Assembly: GCA_903920205.1 (NCBI GenBank)
Contig: CAIXLI010000063.1
Span: 7,913-71,912 of the forward strand
Direction of reading: 5' to 3'
Source of the DNA: an uncultured Pseudomonadota bacterium
Lineage (GTDB): Bacteria; Pseudomonadota; Alphaproteobacteria; UBA9219
DNA length: 64,000 bases
Shown: piece by piece, positions 1 to 9,911 of the stretch
Numbering within the stretch: position 1 is the stretch's first letter
Layout: each line of letters opens with the position of its first letter
Position numbers and translations under genes: made by a program
Notes under the pieces: model-generated
The model's input: the letters and a program-made list of their open reading frames with translations, nothing else
Told to the model about the DNA's origin: nothing
Databases searched by the model: none

Positions 1-935
1 ATCGCTGTCATGTCGCGGGCGAAACGGCGGGCGCGGCGGACTTCTTGCTCGGCTTGATTTTGGAAATAGCCGCGATTGCTGATGCCAGTCAAAGAATCCG
101 TCGAAGCTTGGCGGAAAAGTTCGGCTTCCATTTCCTTGCGTTGGGAAATGTCGTTGAGCGCGACCAGCATGGACGGTGCGCCATTGTAGTCCAAAAGAAT
201 TGCCGCCATTTCTGCGATAAAAACGCGGCCCTCCGAGGTTCTCATGCGGACTTCGATGTCGCGGATGTCGGATACGCTATTAAAAAGATTGTCGAGATTG
301 TCTTTGTCCGCTTGATCGACGTAAAGATCGGAGGACTTCATACGCAGGAACTGCCCCGCGCTTTGTTGAAACAGCAAGCAGCTTTTGCGGTTGACGAATA
401 AAAGCTGGCCATCGGAGCGGCGGGAAATAAAAACAGGATAAGGCAGAATTTCCAAAACAGCGCGTAGTTTCTGTTCGTTCTTCAGCAAGCTGTATTCAAG
501 CTCGACCTGCTTTGTGATGTCGAAGGAGGTCAACATCATTGCCGGATCGCCTTGCCAATCGACGACGCGTAGCGTTACCGCGACCCATATTTCCTTGCCG
601 TCCTTACGTATGCCGCGCGAGCGCCCGATGGTGGATTTTTTTGCGCCGCGCATCATCTCGTCATATTCGACCTCAAGGCGCGGCCACACATCATCGGGAA
701 CAAGCCCGCGTAAAAGGGGCAGGCTTAATATTTCCTGAGCGTTGGCATAGCCGAACAATTCGGCAAAGGCGTTGTTGGCGTAGAGCGGTTTGAAGTTGCG
801 ATGAATGATGATGCCCTGTACGGCATCATCGACCAGAGAGTGAAAATCGGGCGCGGCCTCCGCTTCTTGTCTGCGGTCGGCACGCACCGGATTACGGCGA
901 CGCCCTCGTCGGGCGATATTAGGGTCTGTCATCAT
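1..935 (-). CDS. PAS-PAS-GGDEF diguanylate cyclase, truncated at the window edge
   Basis: Manual translation from ATG at 935 (absent from the ORF track because no stop lies in the window). It gives two PAS-like segments (FHSLVDDAVQGIIIHRNFKPLYAN...; LRAVLEILPYPVFISRRSDGQLLFVN...), then DISQRKEMEAELFRQASTDSLTGISNRGYF, the typical GGDEF-domain entry motif. Confidence 0.85.
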   Translation of the reverse strand, partial: MMTDPNIARRGRRRNPVRADRRQEAEAAPDFHSLVDDAVQGIIIHRNFKPLYANNAFAELFGYANAQEILSLPLLRGLVPDDVWPRLEVEYDEMMRGAKKSTIGRSRGIRKDGKEIWVAVTLRVVDWQGDPAMMLTSFDITKQVELEYSLLKNEQKLRAVLEILPYPVFISRRSDGQLLFVNRKSCLLFQQSAGQFLRMKSSDLYVDQADKDNLDNLFNSVSDIRDIEVRMRTSEGRVFIAEMAAILLDYNGAPSMLVALNDISQRKEMEAELFRQASTDSLTGISNRGYFQNQAEQEVRRARRFARDMTA

Positions 936-948
936 AAACTGAACGTTG

Positions 949-970
949 ATGGTACAGTGCACTGTACCAT
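949..970. promoter_or_regulatory. perfect 22-bp palindrome, candidate operator
   Basis: ATGGTACAGTGCACTGTACCAT is its own reverse complement and lies 13 nt upstream of the diguanylate cyclase start. Confidence 0.5.
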
Positions 971-1022
971 AAATTGGGGGCGAATAAAGAGAGGGAAAGT
1001 GGAAAACGTATAATACAGAGGG

Positions 1023-1697
1023 TTACCCTTCTTTGTCCCCCTCGCCGCTTTTTACGACCCGCAAGGAGGGACGCGTTTTCTTTTTGTTGGTTTCTGTGGG
1101 ACGCTCTTCATAGCGGGCTAGCGCCCGTTGATATAATATCCGCGCGACTTCTGGGGAACGGGTTAGAAGGCATATTTCCTGTGCGGTAAGCGCTAGATCG
1201 TCCGGGTTAGTGATAGGCAGTCCCGCAATGCCGTTTTCGGCCATCCATACGCCGTAATAAATCAAGCCAATGAGGCAAGAAAGATCATGAAACAAGGCCC
1301 CGATGCGTTTTGCCGTAGCGCGAAATTCGTCGCTTTGCCAGCCTTGTGTCATCGCCACGCGCGTTAGTGCATGAATAAAATCATTGCCGAAAACATCGCT
1401 ATTCGGCTGCGCAGGCGATGCCGATCCAAGCCACTTTTTCATGGCAATTTTATTTTCCAACAAAAGCTCTGCCTGGGGATCGAGCCGCATAGGCAGCCAA
1501 GAGACTTCCTCAAGGCTTTGTGTGATAACGCTTAAGCCGATGCGTTCGGCGCGGAGATAAGAGAATCCGTAAGAGTCGGGACTAAAGCCTTCAGGAAGTG
1601 GCTCTATGACAAGGAGTTTCTGACGGTCCTGCGAAAGTTTGTCTCGCGCCTCATCAAAATGTTTTTGTAAATCATCAAGAGTCCAAATCCCTACCAT
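1023..1697 (-). CDS. hypothetical protein (orphan)
   Basis: 224-aa ORF with a GAGGG RBS-like sequence; fills the gap between genes; no motif recognised. Confidence 0.7.
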   Translation of the reverse strand: MVGIWTLDDLQKHFDEARDKLSQDRQKLLVIEPLPEGFSPDSYGFSYLRAERIGLSVITQSLEEVSWLPMRLDPQAELLLENKIAMKKWLGSASPAQPNSDVFGNDFIHALTRVAMTQGWQSDEFRATAKRIGALFHDLSCLIGLIYYGVWMAENGIAGLPITNPDDLALTAQEICLLTRSPEVARILYQRALARYEERPTETNKKKTRPSLRVVKSGEGDKEG

Positions 1698-1718
1698 TGT
1701 CCCTCTTTACACCCTCAG

Positions 1719-1734
1719 GGTTTCTTGTGGAACC
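1719..1734. promoter_or_regulatory. parS-like site
   Basis: GGTTTCTTGTGGAACC versus consensus tGTTTCACGTGGAACa, inside a larger inverted repeat (1716-1737), upstream of mnmG-rsmG-parAB. Confidence 0.4.
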
Positions 1735-1858
1735 CTGTCCTAAGAACAAATTTATGGAAGAATGATAAGGATTTTATTAATTAGCCCTTGAAAAAACCAC
1801 ACATTCAATATTTTCTCTTTCCATTGCTTTCAGAATAGATTTCCCTTATTTGTCCGCC

Positions 1859-3733
1859 ATGTTTTCTTATGATGTCATTGTTATCGGCGCGGGTCATGCG
1901 GGGTGCGAGGCGGCTGCGGCTGCGGCGCGTATTGGCGCTCGTACGCTATTGTTGACGCATAAAATCGAAACGATTGGCGATATGTCTTGTAATCCCGCCA
2001 TTGGCGGTTTGGGTAAGGGCCACCTTGTACGCGAGGTCGACGCGTTGGACGGCGTCATGGGGCGTGTAGCCGATGCGTCCGGAATCCAATTTCGTGTTCT
2101 TAATCGAAGCAAAGGCCCTGCAGTACGCGGCCCCCGCGCTCAAGCCGACCGCAAGTTGTACCGGCAGGCCATGCAGGAAGCCCTTTTCCAGCAGCCCAAT
2201 CTTGAAATTCGTGCCGATGCTGTTGAAGATCTAATCACCGATGGCTCCGGCGCTATAGCGGGCGTTATCACGGGGTTAGGAGAAGAAATACGCGCAGAAT
2301 CCGTTATTATAACCACCGGAACCTTTCTTCGCGGGTTGATGCATCAGGGAGAGATTCAAACGCCTGCGGGACGTATAGGCGAGCCGCCCGCTTGCGGGTT
2401 AAGTATTGCCTTGGAGCGCTTGGGCTTTCCCTTGGGGCGGCTGAAAACAGGGACTCCGGCGCGGCTTGACGGACGCTCAATTGATTGGAGCGGCATGGAA
2501 ATGCAGTCCGGAGACGACAAGCCGGAGCCTTTTTCTACCCTGACCGATGCTTTGCCTAATCGCCAGATCGCTTGCGGCATTACCCATACGACGCCGAAGA
2601 CTTTGGGAATTATCCGCGCCAACCTTCACCGCGCTCCTATGTATTCCGGTCAGATACAAGGCACGGGGCCGCGTTACTGCCCTTCGATTGAAGATAAAGT
2701 CGTGCGCTTTTCTGATAAAGACACGCATCAAATCTTTTTGGAGCCCGAAGGGCTGGACGACGACACAATTTATCCAAACGGTATTTCGACCTCGCTTCCT
2801 TGTGATGTGCAGGACGAATTCATACGTTCTATCAATGGTTTGTCTGGCGTCAAAATAATTCGCTACGGCTATGCCATTGAATATGACTACTGCGATCCGC
2901 GCGAATTAAGGGCGAGTTTGGAGACCAAGCGCGTCTCCGGCCTCTATTTCGCCGGACAAATCAACGGAACGACAGGCTATGAAGAAGCTGCCGCGCAAGG
3001 ACTGATGGCGGGGTTGAATGCGGCGCTTAAAGTCGGAGGCAAACCAGCTTTCACGCTCGACCGGTCTCAGGCCTATATCGGCGTTATGATTGACGATCTC
3101 ATTACGCGTGGCCTTAACGAGCCTTATCGCATGTTTACCTCTCGCGCTGAATATCGGTTGACTTTGCGGGCGGACAATGCCGACCAAAGACTGACGCGCC
3201 AAGGGATGGGGATCGGATGTGTTGGCGGCGAGCGGCAAAAGGCGTTTTGCGATAAAATGAAGTCTTTGGACTCGGCACGGGCTTTGATGGGCAGTTTGAA
3301 GGCTTCGCCCAACAAGCTTGCCTCTTTTGGTCTTAAAATCAATGCGGATGGGGTTGTGCGAACGGCGCTAGAGCTTATTTCCTATCCCGAGATAGATTTG
3401 AATAAATTGGTGGAAGTCTGGCCTGAACTAGCCGGCATAGGCCCCCAAACTGCAGAACAATTGGAAATTGACGGAAAATATGCGGGCTATATCGAAAGGC
3501 AGGACAGCGATATACGGGCTTTCCGTAAGGATGAGAGCCTAATTTTGCCGCGTGACCTCGATGTTGATGCGATTGGCAGCCTGTCGGCGGAAATCCGCCA
3601 GAAATTGCGTCAAATCAGGCCCGAGACATTAGGGGCTGCCTCGCGCATTCCGGGCATGACGCCCGCAGCTGTGGTCGCGCTTTTGCGCTATGTAAAGCGG
3701 GATAAAAAGGCTACAGAGAAGAACGTGGGCTGA
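1859..3733 (+). CDS. mnmG: tRNA uridine-5-carboxymethylaminomethyl modification enzyme MnmG/GidA
   Basis: [38 protein letters not shown] and [16 protein letters not shown] motifs. Confidence 0.98.
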   Translation: MFSYDVIVIGAGHAGCEAAAAAARIGARTLLLTHKIETIGDMSCNPAIGGLGKGHLVREVDALDGVMGRVADASGIQFRVLNRSKGPAVRGPRAQADRKLYRQAMQEALFQQPNLEIRADAVEDLITDGSGAIAGVITGLGEEIRAESVIITTGTFLRGLMHQGEIQTPAGRIGEPPACGLSIALERLGFPLGRLKTGTPARLDGRSIDWSGMEMQSGDDKPEPFSTLTDALPNRQIACGITHTTPKTLGIIRANLHRAPMYSGQIQGTGPRYCPSIEDKVVRFSDKDTHQIFLEPEGLDDDTIYPNGISTSLPCDVQDEFIRSINGLSGVKIIRYGYAIEYDYCDPRELRASLETKRVSGLYFAGQINGTTGYEEAAAQGLMAGLNAALKVGGKPAFTLDRSQAYIGVMIDDLITRGLNEPYRMFTSRAEYRLTLRADNADQRLTRQGMGIGCVGGERQKAFCDKMKSLDSARALMGSLKASPNKLASFGLKINADGVVRTALELISYPEIDLNKLVEVWPELAGIGPQTAEQLEIDGKYAGYIERQDSDIRAFRKDESLILPRDLDVDAIGSLSAEIRQKLRQIRPETLGAASRIPGMTPAAVVALLRYVKRDKKATEKNVG

Positions 3734-3764
3734 ATAACGCGCAGCGATAAAAACGGAAATCACC

Positions 3765-4400
3765 ATGAATCAAGAACAAAAAGCTTTTCTCGACGCATAC
3801 GCCGTTCCTCATGAAACTATCCACAGGCTAACGACCTATCAGGAAATGCTGACTTCTTGGAACGCGAAGTTCAATCTGGTGGCGGAAAGCACTTTGCCCC
3901 AGATCTGGACGCGCCATTTCCTCGATAGCGCCCAGTTGATGCCGTTTATTACCGAAACCGCGCTGACTTTAGCGGATATGGGCGCGGGTGCGGGCTTTCC
4001 GGGACTTGTGCTGGCGATCATGGCGCAAGACCTTAAACGTCCCTTGCATGTTTATTCCATTGAAAGCACAGGCAAGAAGGCGGATTTTCTTCAGGCCGTC
4101 GTCGATGAACTTAAATTGAACGTGACGGTGCGGCGGGAAAGAATTGAGGATATTAGGGATTTAAAAGCCGATATCATTACTGCCCGAGCCCTTAAAGCCT
4201 TGCCGGAGGGGCTGAAATACGCCAACTATTTGATGCATAAGGATACAATCTGCCTTTTCTTGAAAGGCAAAAACGCGACCGAAGAATTGACACAAGCGCA
4301 GAAATATTGGACATTCGGGCTCGAAATCCACCCGAGCTGTACCGACGATTCCGGAAAAATTCTGGTGCTTCGCAACCTTCGCTATAAGTCAAAACGTTAG
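3765..4400 (+). CDS. rsmG: 16S rRNA m7G527 methyltransferase RsmG/GidB
   Basis: RHFLDS, DMGAGAGFPG and ITARA motifs; lies between mnmG and parA. Confidence 0.96.
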   Translation: MNQEQKAFLDAYAVPHETIHRLTTYQEMLTSWNAKFNLVAESTLPQIWTRHFLDSAQLMPFITETALTLADMGAGAGFPGLVLAIMAQDLKRPLHVYSIESTGKKADFLQAVVDELKLNVTVRRERIEDIRDLKADIITARALKALPEGLKYANYLMHKDTICLFLKGKNATEELTQAQKYWTFGLEIHPSCTDDSGKILVLRNLRYKSKR

Positions 4401-4413
4401 GTTTTAGGCCGCA

Positions 4414-5232
4414 ATGACCACACAATGCCGCATTATATCAGTCGTCAATCAAAAGGGCGGCGTAGGGAAGACGACGACGGCGGTCAATCTGGCAACGGCC
4501 TTGGCTGCTGTCGGCAAGCGCGTTTTGGTGGTCGATGCTGACCCGCAGGGCAATGCTTCGACAGGATTCGGTCTTGTGCGGGCGGATCGCGGTGCGGGGT
4601 GTTATGAGCTGATGTTCGATGGATTGTCTGTTGAGGATGTGGCCGTCCCGACGCCCATTCCTAATCTTTCGATCATAACCTCCTCGGCGGATTTGGCGGG
4701 CGCAGAAATTCAACTGGTCACTATTGACCGCCGCGAATTTCGCATGAAAGACGCGCTGGATCGCAGCGCCAAAGATTACGACATTGTTTTTATCGATTGT
4801 CCGCCTTCCTTAAATCTTATCACGCTGAATGCGCTGATTGCTTCGCACGCGATTTTGATTCCGCTTCAGCCGGAATTTTATGCGCTTGAAGGCGTGTCTA
4901 GCTTGCTGCAAACGGTGGAAGCCATACGTGCGCGTTTTAATCCGGCCTTGGAAGTTCAAGGCGTGGTGCTGACGATGTACGACAAGCGCAACAGCCTATC
5001 GGATGCGGTGGCAAGCGATGTGCGCTCTTATTTTGGCGATAAGGTTTACGAAACTGTCATTCCGCGGAATGTGCGCGTGTCCGAAGCGCCTTCGCACGGC
5101 AAGCCCGTTTTGCTTTACGACCTGAAATGCAGCGGGTCTCGGGCCTATATGCAATTGGCGAGTGAAGTGCTGCGCCGCGAGTTCGGGTTTTTGGAGCGCG
5201 AGGAAGAAAAACGCGTAGCACTTGGCGAGTAG
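4414..5232 (+). CDS. parA: chromosome partitioning ATPase ParA/Soj
   Basis: NQKGGVGKTTT, DADPQGNA, IDCPPSL and IPRNVRVSEAPSHG motifs. Confidence 0.97.
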   Translation: MTTQCRIISVVNQKGGVGKTTTAVNLATALAAVGKRVLVVDADPQGNASTGFGLVRADRGAGCYELMFDGLSVEDVAVPTPIPNLSIITSSADLAGAEIQLVTIDRREFRMKDALDRSAKDYDIVFIDCPPSLNLITLNALIASHAILIPLQPEFYALEGVSSLLQTVEAIRARFNPALEVQGVVLTMYDKRNSLSDAVASDVRSYFGDKVYETVIPRNVRVSEAPSHGKPVLLYDLKCSGSRAYMQLASEVLRREFGFLEREEEKRVALGE

Positions 5233-5266
5233 AAACAATTTAGAATCATTCTAAAGAGGAATAACA

Positions 5267-6169
5267 ATGAACAGCGCAACACCAAAACCATCGCCGCTTG
5301 GACGCGGGCTCTCCGCTTTATTCGGCGACGCCGACGCTTCGTACCAACCGGCGGCGCGCATAGGTGAACCTGCCGCGGCGTCGAAAGCGGGCGGGATGCA
5401 GCGCATGTCGGTGGCTTGGCTGAAATCGGGCGTGTTCCAGCCGCGCCGTCACTTTAATGACGAAGCGTTGGGGGAATTGGCGGATTCGATCCGTGAGCGC
5501 GGCATTTTAGAACCTCTTTTGGTGCGCCCCTTGCCTGGCGAACGCGACAGTTATGAAATTATTGCAGGCGAACGCCGCTGGCGCGCCGCGCAAATCGCGG
5601 GATTGCACGAAGTTCCCGTGATGGTGCGCGAACTGACTGACCGCGAAGCGATGGAATTCGGCATCATCGAAAACGTGCAGCGCGAGGATCTGTCGCCGAT
5701 CGAAGAAGGCGAAGGGTATAAACGGCTGATCGAAGAGTTCGGGCATACGCAAGATGCGCTCGGCAAAATCGTCGGGAAGAGCCGTCCGCACATTACGAAT
5801 ATGCTGCGGCTTTTGTCTCTGCCGGAAGGCGTGCGAGACCTGATCGCGTCTGGCAAACTGACAACAGGCCATGCTCGCGCCTTGGTTCCGACTAAAAATC
5901 CGCTCGCGTTGGCGCAAGAGGTCGTTAAAAAAGGCTTGAATGTTCGCCAAACTGAAACGCTCGCCAAACGCGCTCAAGATAACCCCGAAATTCATAAAAG
6001 AAGGGGAGCGGATGAAGAAAACGCCGATGTTCTTGCTTTGGAAAAAGAACTGGAGCGCGTGATCGGTCTTAAAATAAAAATCGCCACCAAAGGCAAAGCG
6101 GGGACGTTAACCCTGCATTACACAAGCCTCGATCAGCTTGACGATATTATTAAGAAGCTGCGCGGCTAG
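5267..6169 (+). CDS. parB: chromosome partitioning protein ParB
   Basis: LGRGLSALFG, QPRRHF, IIAGERRWRAA and ENVQREDL motifs, plus an HTH region. Confidence 0.97.
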   Translation: MNSATPKPSPLGRGLSALFGDADASYQPAARIGEPAAASKAGGMQRMSVAWLKSGVFQPRRHFNDEALGELADSIRERGILEPLLVRPLPGERDSYEIIAGERRWRAAQIAGLHEVPVMVRELTDREAMEFGIIENVQREDLSPIEEGEGYKRLIEEFGHTQDALGKIVGKSRPHITNMLRLLSLPEGVRDLIASGKLTTGHARALVPTKNPLALAQEVVKKGLNVRQTETLAKRAQDNPEIHKRRGADEENADVLALEKELERVIGLKIKIATKGKAGTLTLHYTSLDQLDDIIKKLRG

Positions 6170-6299
6170 AGCGTTTCCCTTTTAACCATTCACCTCTTTA
6201 ACGGCAAAGAGGCATGAAAGTAATAGGGATTTCGGGCTTCTCCCCTATACTGTGCGGATATTGCGATAGCGCGCATTGAGAGAGAACGGATTTATTTGA

Positions 6300-6973
6300 A
6301 TGCCAAAATATGTTTCCATTAAAAGGGCGGTTCTTGCCTTCGGCGCAAGCGCGAAGGAAGCCTGCCGTCATCCGCGCTGTACAGTAGAAAAATACGGGAT
6401 CAACATTGCGAGCTTCGTATATATTCTTGGTAGCGGCGTTCAAGGCCATATTGGTCTTACGACAGACACGTGGAACGATATTGGGGCAGGAGTCCTAAAC
6501 GGTTCTGGTTGTACGGTTTCTTTGATGGCAGGGCACACATCGGCAGGCATTGCGATCTCTTTCCTAATGACTGTTCCTGCTGTTGTCCTTGCTCGATGGG
6601 AAGGGATGGAGGCTCATGATCTTGGCGCCTTTCTGTCGTTGCGGCCTGTGCCCTTGGGCAGGGACTGTTTGTTGTCAGCAAGCCCCTGATCGAAAAGTTT
6701 AAAGAATCGTCATATGCGGTTTTGCGTCAAACGCTTGGCAACCCGCGTCGATTGGCGGCCGCGACTATGATTTGCTGCGTGCAGCTTCCCTGTTTATTTG
6801 ATCGACTGGCACAGGGGAAACCCGAAGAGGCCTTCCCCTTCCTTGTATTTTCGGGAGCTCATGTTTTTTCCGCTTTTTCCAAGCCTGCGAATATGGACAT
6901 GCCTTCTCTTTCAGATAAGCCTGCGCGGCGAACCCACAAAATGAGGCTGCTTCCTTTAAAGGCGTATGGGTAG
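6300..6973 (+). pseudogene. membrane protein gene split by an apparent frameshift near 6630-6640
   Basis: The hydrophobic ORF 6300-6689 turns to junk after LGAFLS. The alternative frame is open from about 6620 to 6973 and continues sensibly (VVAACALGQGLFVVSKPLIEKF...LRQTLGNPRRLAAATMI...). Confidence 0.55.
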
Positions 6974-7059
6974 AAGGCTTTTAATGAGGCTTCTTGCGAA
7001 ACCAAGGGTTTTCGTGCAAAATCAGCACTCACATTTTACAAGCTTACGTGCGGTGGTTT

Positions 7060-8295
7060 ATGAGCGGAAATAATCAAGGCGAGCCAGGCATACTTCTTCT
7101 GATGGTGATCGCGCTATTTGCGGGACTTGGCTGGTTGATCTGGCATGTCAGCCGAGAATTCTGGCTTGATTACGTTTTTCGCTGGCTGCGATTTGGCGAA
7201 TTATGGATCATCAATTTTTTTGCTCCTCACTATGATGCTTGCCTCGTCTGGCTGCGCGAAGCGCGGATTAACGATTCCTCGCCGTCGCCGCGTATTGTCG
7301 GGTTGACTAATGCTTGTTTCGGCACTGCGTATTTGAACCATGTTCCGCGTAACGAGATTCTTTCCTATTACCAGCTAGCGATGCCGCCGATTGCAGCGTT
7401 GGGCGCGGAGGCGATGAACTATTTTCGGTGGCCGATCTCTGCGGTTCTTTTCACGGCGGGGTCTTACGAATTGTTTTTTTCGCCGCATACCAAATTCATG
7501 ACCAAGCACACGCTTGAGAGTCTGATCTCGACGCAGGCGAAAATGTGGCCGATCATTTCGCCGATCGTGAAATTTAATCCGTCGAAAACGGGGCGCATTT
7601 TGGGAGATAAGGTTCCCGACAAACTACCCCTTTTCGCCGAAGCGTTATCGCCCGAGGAGTGGATCGCATGGAATCGCATTCCCCTTGCCAACGGCATTCC
7701 TGACCGCGATGCATCGCGGCGTGCTTTTATTCGTCAAATGGGGCCGCGTTGGAATGGTATTGGCTCTCTCCCTTTGCATATAAGGGCTGTTTTGGCGGCT
7801 TTCGCCCTTAAGGGGGCGCAGAAACGTGACGAAAGCGATAATCTTCTGGGGCGTCTGGCGTTATGCTGGTCGCCAGAAAAAGGCTTTCGTCCGGATTCCA
7901 CCCTGGTGTCGGAAATCGACAAAATCCTGCACGATCCCGATGTCGGCGGAAAAATAGTTCCTATTGCTGATCAACATGCGTGGCGCACGACAGCGGTGTT
8001 GGGCGTTTTGCTGTGGGCGCGATCGATGGGCGGCGTTTTGGCTCCGGCGCAATTTTTGTGGATCCGTGGGGAAGATCGCGCCTTGTGGTATCCCTTGAAC
8101 AATCTTGGTCGCCGCTCGTTCCACAGCGAAGGCGCGGGTGCCATGGCGCATTTTATGGCGGAACAAGCCGCCAAAAAGCCGCTTCCCATTCCCCGTGTGG
8201 ACACGGCGATTGTTACGCTCAACACCTATCTGCACGATCCTGATAAACGTCCCGTGCCGATTCCTCAGCGCGAAGAAACAAGCGCTCACGCCTAA
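7060..8295 (+). CDS. icmP: type IVB secretion coupling-complex protein IcmP/DotM (TrbA-like)
   Basis: N-terminal TM segments. C-terminal GVLAPAQFLWIRGEDRALWYPLNNLGRRSFHSEGAGAMAHFMAEQAAKKPLPIPRVDTAI follows the DotM/IcmP pattern (FLW..DR.LWY.LN..GR...E.AG..AH..AE). Confidence 0.88.
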   Translation: MSGNNQGEPGILLLMVIALFAGLGWLIWHVSREFWLDYVFRWLRFGELWIINFFAPHYDACLVWLREARINDSSPSPRIVGLTNACFGTAYLNHVPRNEILSYYQLAMPPIAALGAEAMNYFRWPISAVLFTAGSYELFFSPHTKFMTKHTLESLISTQAKMWPIISPIVKFNPSKTGRILGDKVPDKLPLFAEALSPEEWIAWNRIPLANGIPDRDASRRAFIRQMGPRWNGIGSLPLHIRAVLAAFALKGAQKRDESDNLLGRLALCWSPEKGFRPDSTLVSEIDKILHDPDVGGKIVPIADQHAWRTTAVLGVLLWARSMGGVLAPAQFLWIRGEDRALWYPLNNLGRRSFHSEGAGAMAHFMAEQAAKKPLPIPRVDTAIVTLNTYLHDPDKRPVPIPQREETSAHA

Positions 8296-8322
8296 TCCGT
8301 TCACGCTTTGTAAGGATTCTCG

Positions 8323-8778
8323 ATGAAAAAAAAGACTGAAGCCAGACTTAAGGGCTCGATGCTGACTGTCGGATTTTATTCTGCAAAATCGCCTCTGATC
8401 TGGCGCTTCGATCTTGATCGCAATCACAGCTTTACGCTTTCCTTGCAAGGGGAAGAAGGCGATTGGGAGTTAGGCGTGGCAACGCCCAAGGGCGATTTTA
8501 TTTCTATCGCGCATTTCGACGAGCGCGAAGACGCCGAAGATGCTTTGGTCAAAGTTGAAAAGTCGCTGGCGAGCAAGTGGGGCGGAACGGCGCTCGTTCT
8601 TAAGGTTGTGGCTTTGGTGGCGCTTGTTGCGGTCGGCATTGTTCTGGCTGTGGGGCTCTATGGTTTCATCGTCTCGCAGCAGCCTTCCAGTTCTGCGGTC
8701 GGTAAAGCTGGGGCTCCTGCGCAAATGCGAGATGGGGTCCCTCTCTCTGCCGACGACGTTTTGCAACCCCCGCGGTAA
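8323..8778 (+). CDS. hypothetical membrane protein, probably cotranscribed with icmP
   Basis: 151 aa, starts 27 nt after icmP; beta-rich N-terminal domain, one TM helix and a C-terminal GVPLSADD. Confidence 0.8.
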   Translation: MKKKTEARLKGSMLTVGFYSAKSPLIWRFDLDRNHSFTLSLQGEEGDWELGVATPKGDFISIAHFDEREDAEDALVKVEKSLASKWGGTALVLKVVALVALVAVGIVLAVGLYGFIVSQQPSSSAVGKAGAPAQMRDGVPLSADDVLQPPR

Positions 8779-8801
8779 TGGCCCCTTGTGTTACGAGAGA
8801 T

Positions 8802-8837
8802 GGCGGGCGGAAGTCTTTGGACTTCGCCCGTCTTTTT
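8802..8837 (+). terminator. putative intrinsic terminator
   Basis: GGCGGGCGGAAGTC-TTTG-GACTTCGCCCGTC followed by a T-run. Confidence 0.55.
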
Positions 8838-8911
8838 CTGCGTCCGAAGTCAGGCCATGAGGGGCATTGAACGGCATAATAATTAAAGTTAAGGGCGTTG
8901 CATCGGGCAAC

Positions 8912-8942
8912 AAAAAAGCCCGCAGCCGAAGCTGCGGGCTTT
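8912..8942 (-). terminator. intrinsic terminator of pal
   Basis: AAAAAAGCCCGCAGC-CGAA-GCTGCGGGCTTT; perfect stem with a U-tract on the minus strand. Confidence 0.8.
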
Positions 8943-8962
8943 CATGAGCTTAAACCTAATCG

Positions 8963-9448
8963 TTACTGAGCAACGACGGTCACAGCGCGGCGGTTCTGCG
9001 CCCAAGCTGCTTCGTTGCTTCCAACGACTGCGGGGCGTTCCTTGCCATAGCTGATGGTGTTGATGCGCGCGGCAGCAATGCCAGCGGCGACCAAGTAGTT
9101 CTTGGCAGCCGTTGCACGGCGTTCGCCCAGCGCAAGGTTGTATTCACGCGTGCCACGTTCGTCGGCATGACCTTCGAGCGTGATCTTCGCGGTGGCGTAC
9201 TTCTTCAGCCAGGTCGCTTGACGATCGAGCGTCGCTTGAGCTTCCTTGCTCAGATCGGACTTGTCGAAGCCGAAGAATACGCGGTCGCCAACGTTGACAA
9301 CCAGATCTTCTTGCGTGCCTGGACGAGCTGCGCCCTTGACGCCGCCGCCTGCGCCGTTCGCGCCGCCTTCACCTTCGTTAGAGCCGGTCGTGTCGCAAGC
9401 AGACACGAGGACGAGAGCCGCCATAAGGCACAAAAGCTTTTTAAACAT
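8963..9448 (-). CDS. pal: peptidoglycan-associated lipoprotein Pal
   Basis: Lipobox VSAC; VGDRVFFGFD; EGHADERGTREYNLALGERRA; SYGKERP; AWAQNRRA. Confidence 0.96.
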   Translation of the reverse strand: MFKKLLCLMAALVLVSACDTTGSNEGEGGANGAGGGVKGAARPGTQEDLVVNVGDRVFFGFDKSDLSKEAQATLDRQATWLKKYATAKITLEGHADERGTREYNLALGERRATAAKNYLVAAGIAAARINTISYGKERPAVVGSNEAAWAQNRRAVTVVAQ

Positions 9449-9911
9449 CGTTTTCCCCCTTCAGGAACCTCTGGCGGTGTGGCGATAACGCCTTTGCCGA
9501 GATGGATTAAGAATGAAGCCGCGCCCGACACCGAGGGGATCCCCGAAACCTTACGCGACACTGTGACTCTCCCCCTTGTCAAATTCGACAAGTCCACAAA
9601 GAAAACTCATCAAGCGCGACACGGGATTGAATTCGATAAAGAATAAAGTAGTCGGATGAGCCGAATGAATCAAGACTGAATACAAAAAAAAAGAAAGCGC
9701 AGCGCAACAAATAACGACAAGTGGCATGATTGCAACTATCAAAGGCTCAAAACCCTATGAATTATGGCGGAATTGTGGAGTTCTGCCTTCTTTTGAACAA
9801 AGCCAAACTTTGCTGTGCCGATAAGAAGCGTGTTCTCGTTTGTCGAAAAAAAACAAAAAAAGGACGCCAACTTTGCCAGCAGGCGTCCCTTCGATGGATT
9901 GTTTGAAATTG

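Noticed and set aside
45..1013. Short plus-strand ORFs
   Set aside because: Antisense to the truncated PAS-GGDEF gene.
6461..6477. CACGTGGAAC parS half-site
   Set aside because: The left arm does not match the consensus.
8963..9448. Pal interpreted as IcmN/DotK because it lies near icmP
   Set aside because: The sequence is a canonical alphaproteobacterial Pal, on the opposite strand with its own terminator.
9551..9742. 63-aa hydrophobic ORF upstream of pal
   Set aside because: No RBS or motif; likely a chance ORF in an AT-rich promoter region.
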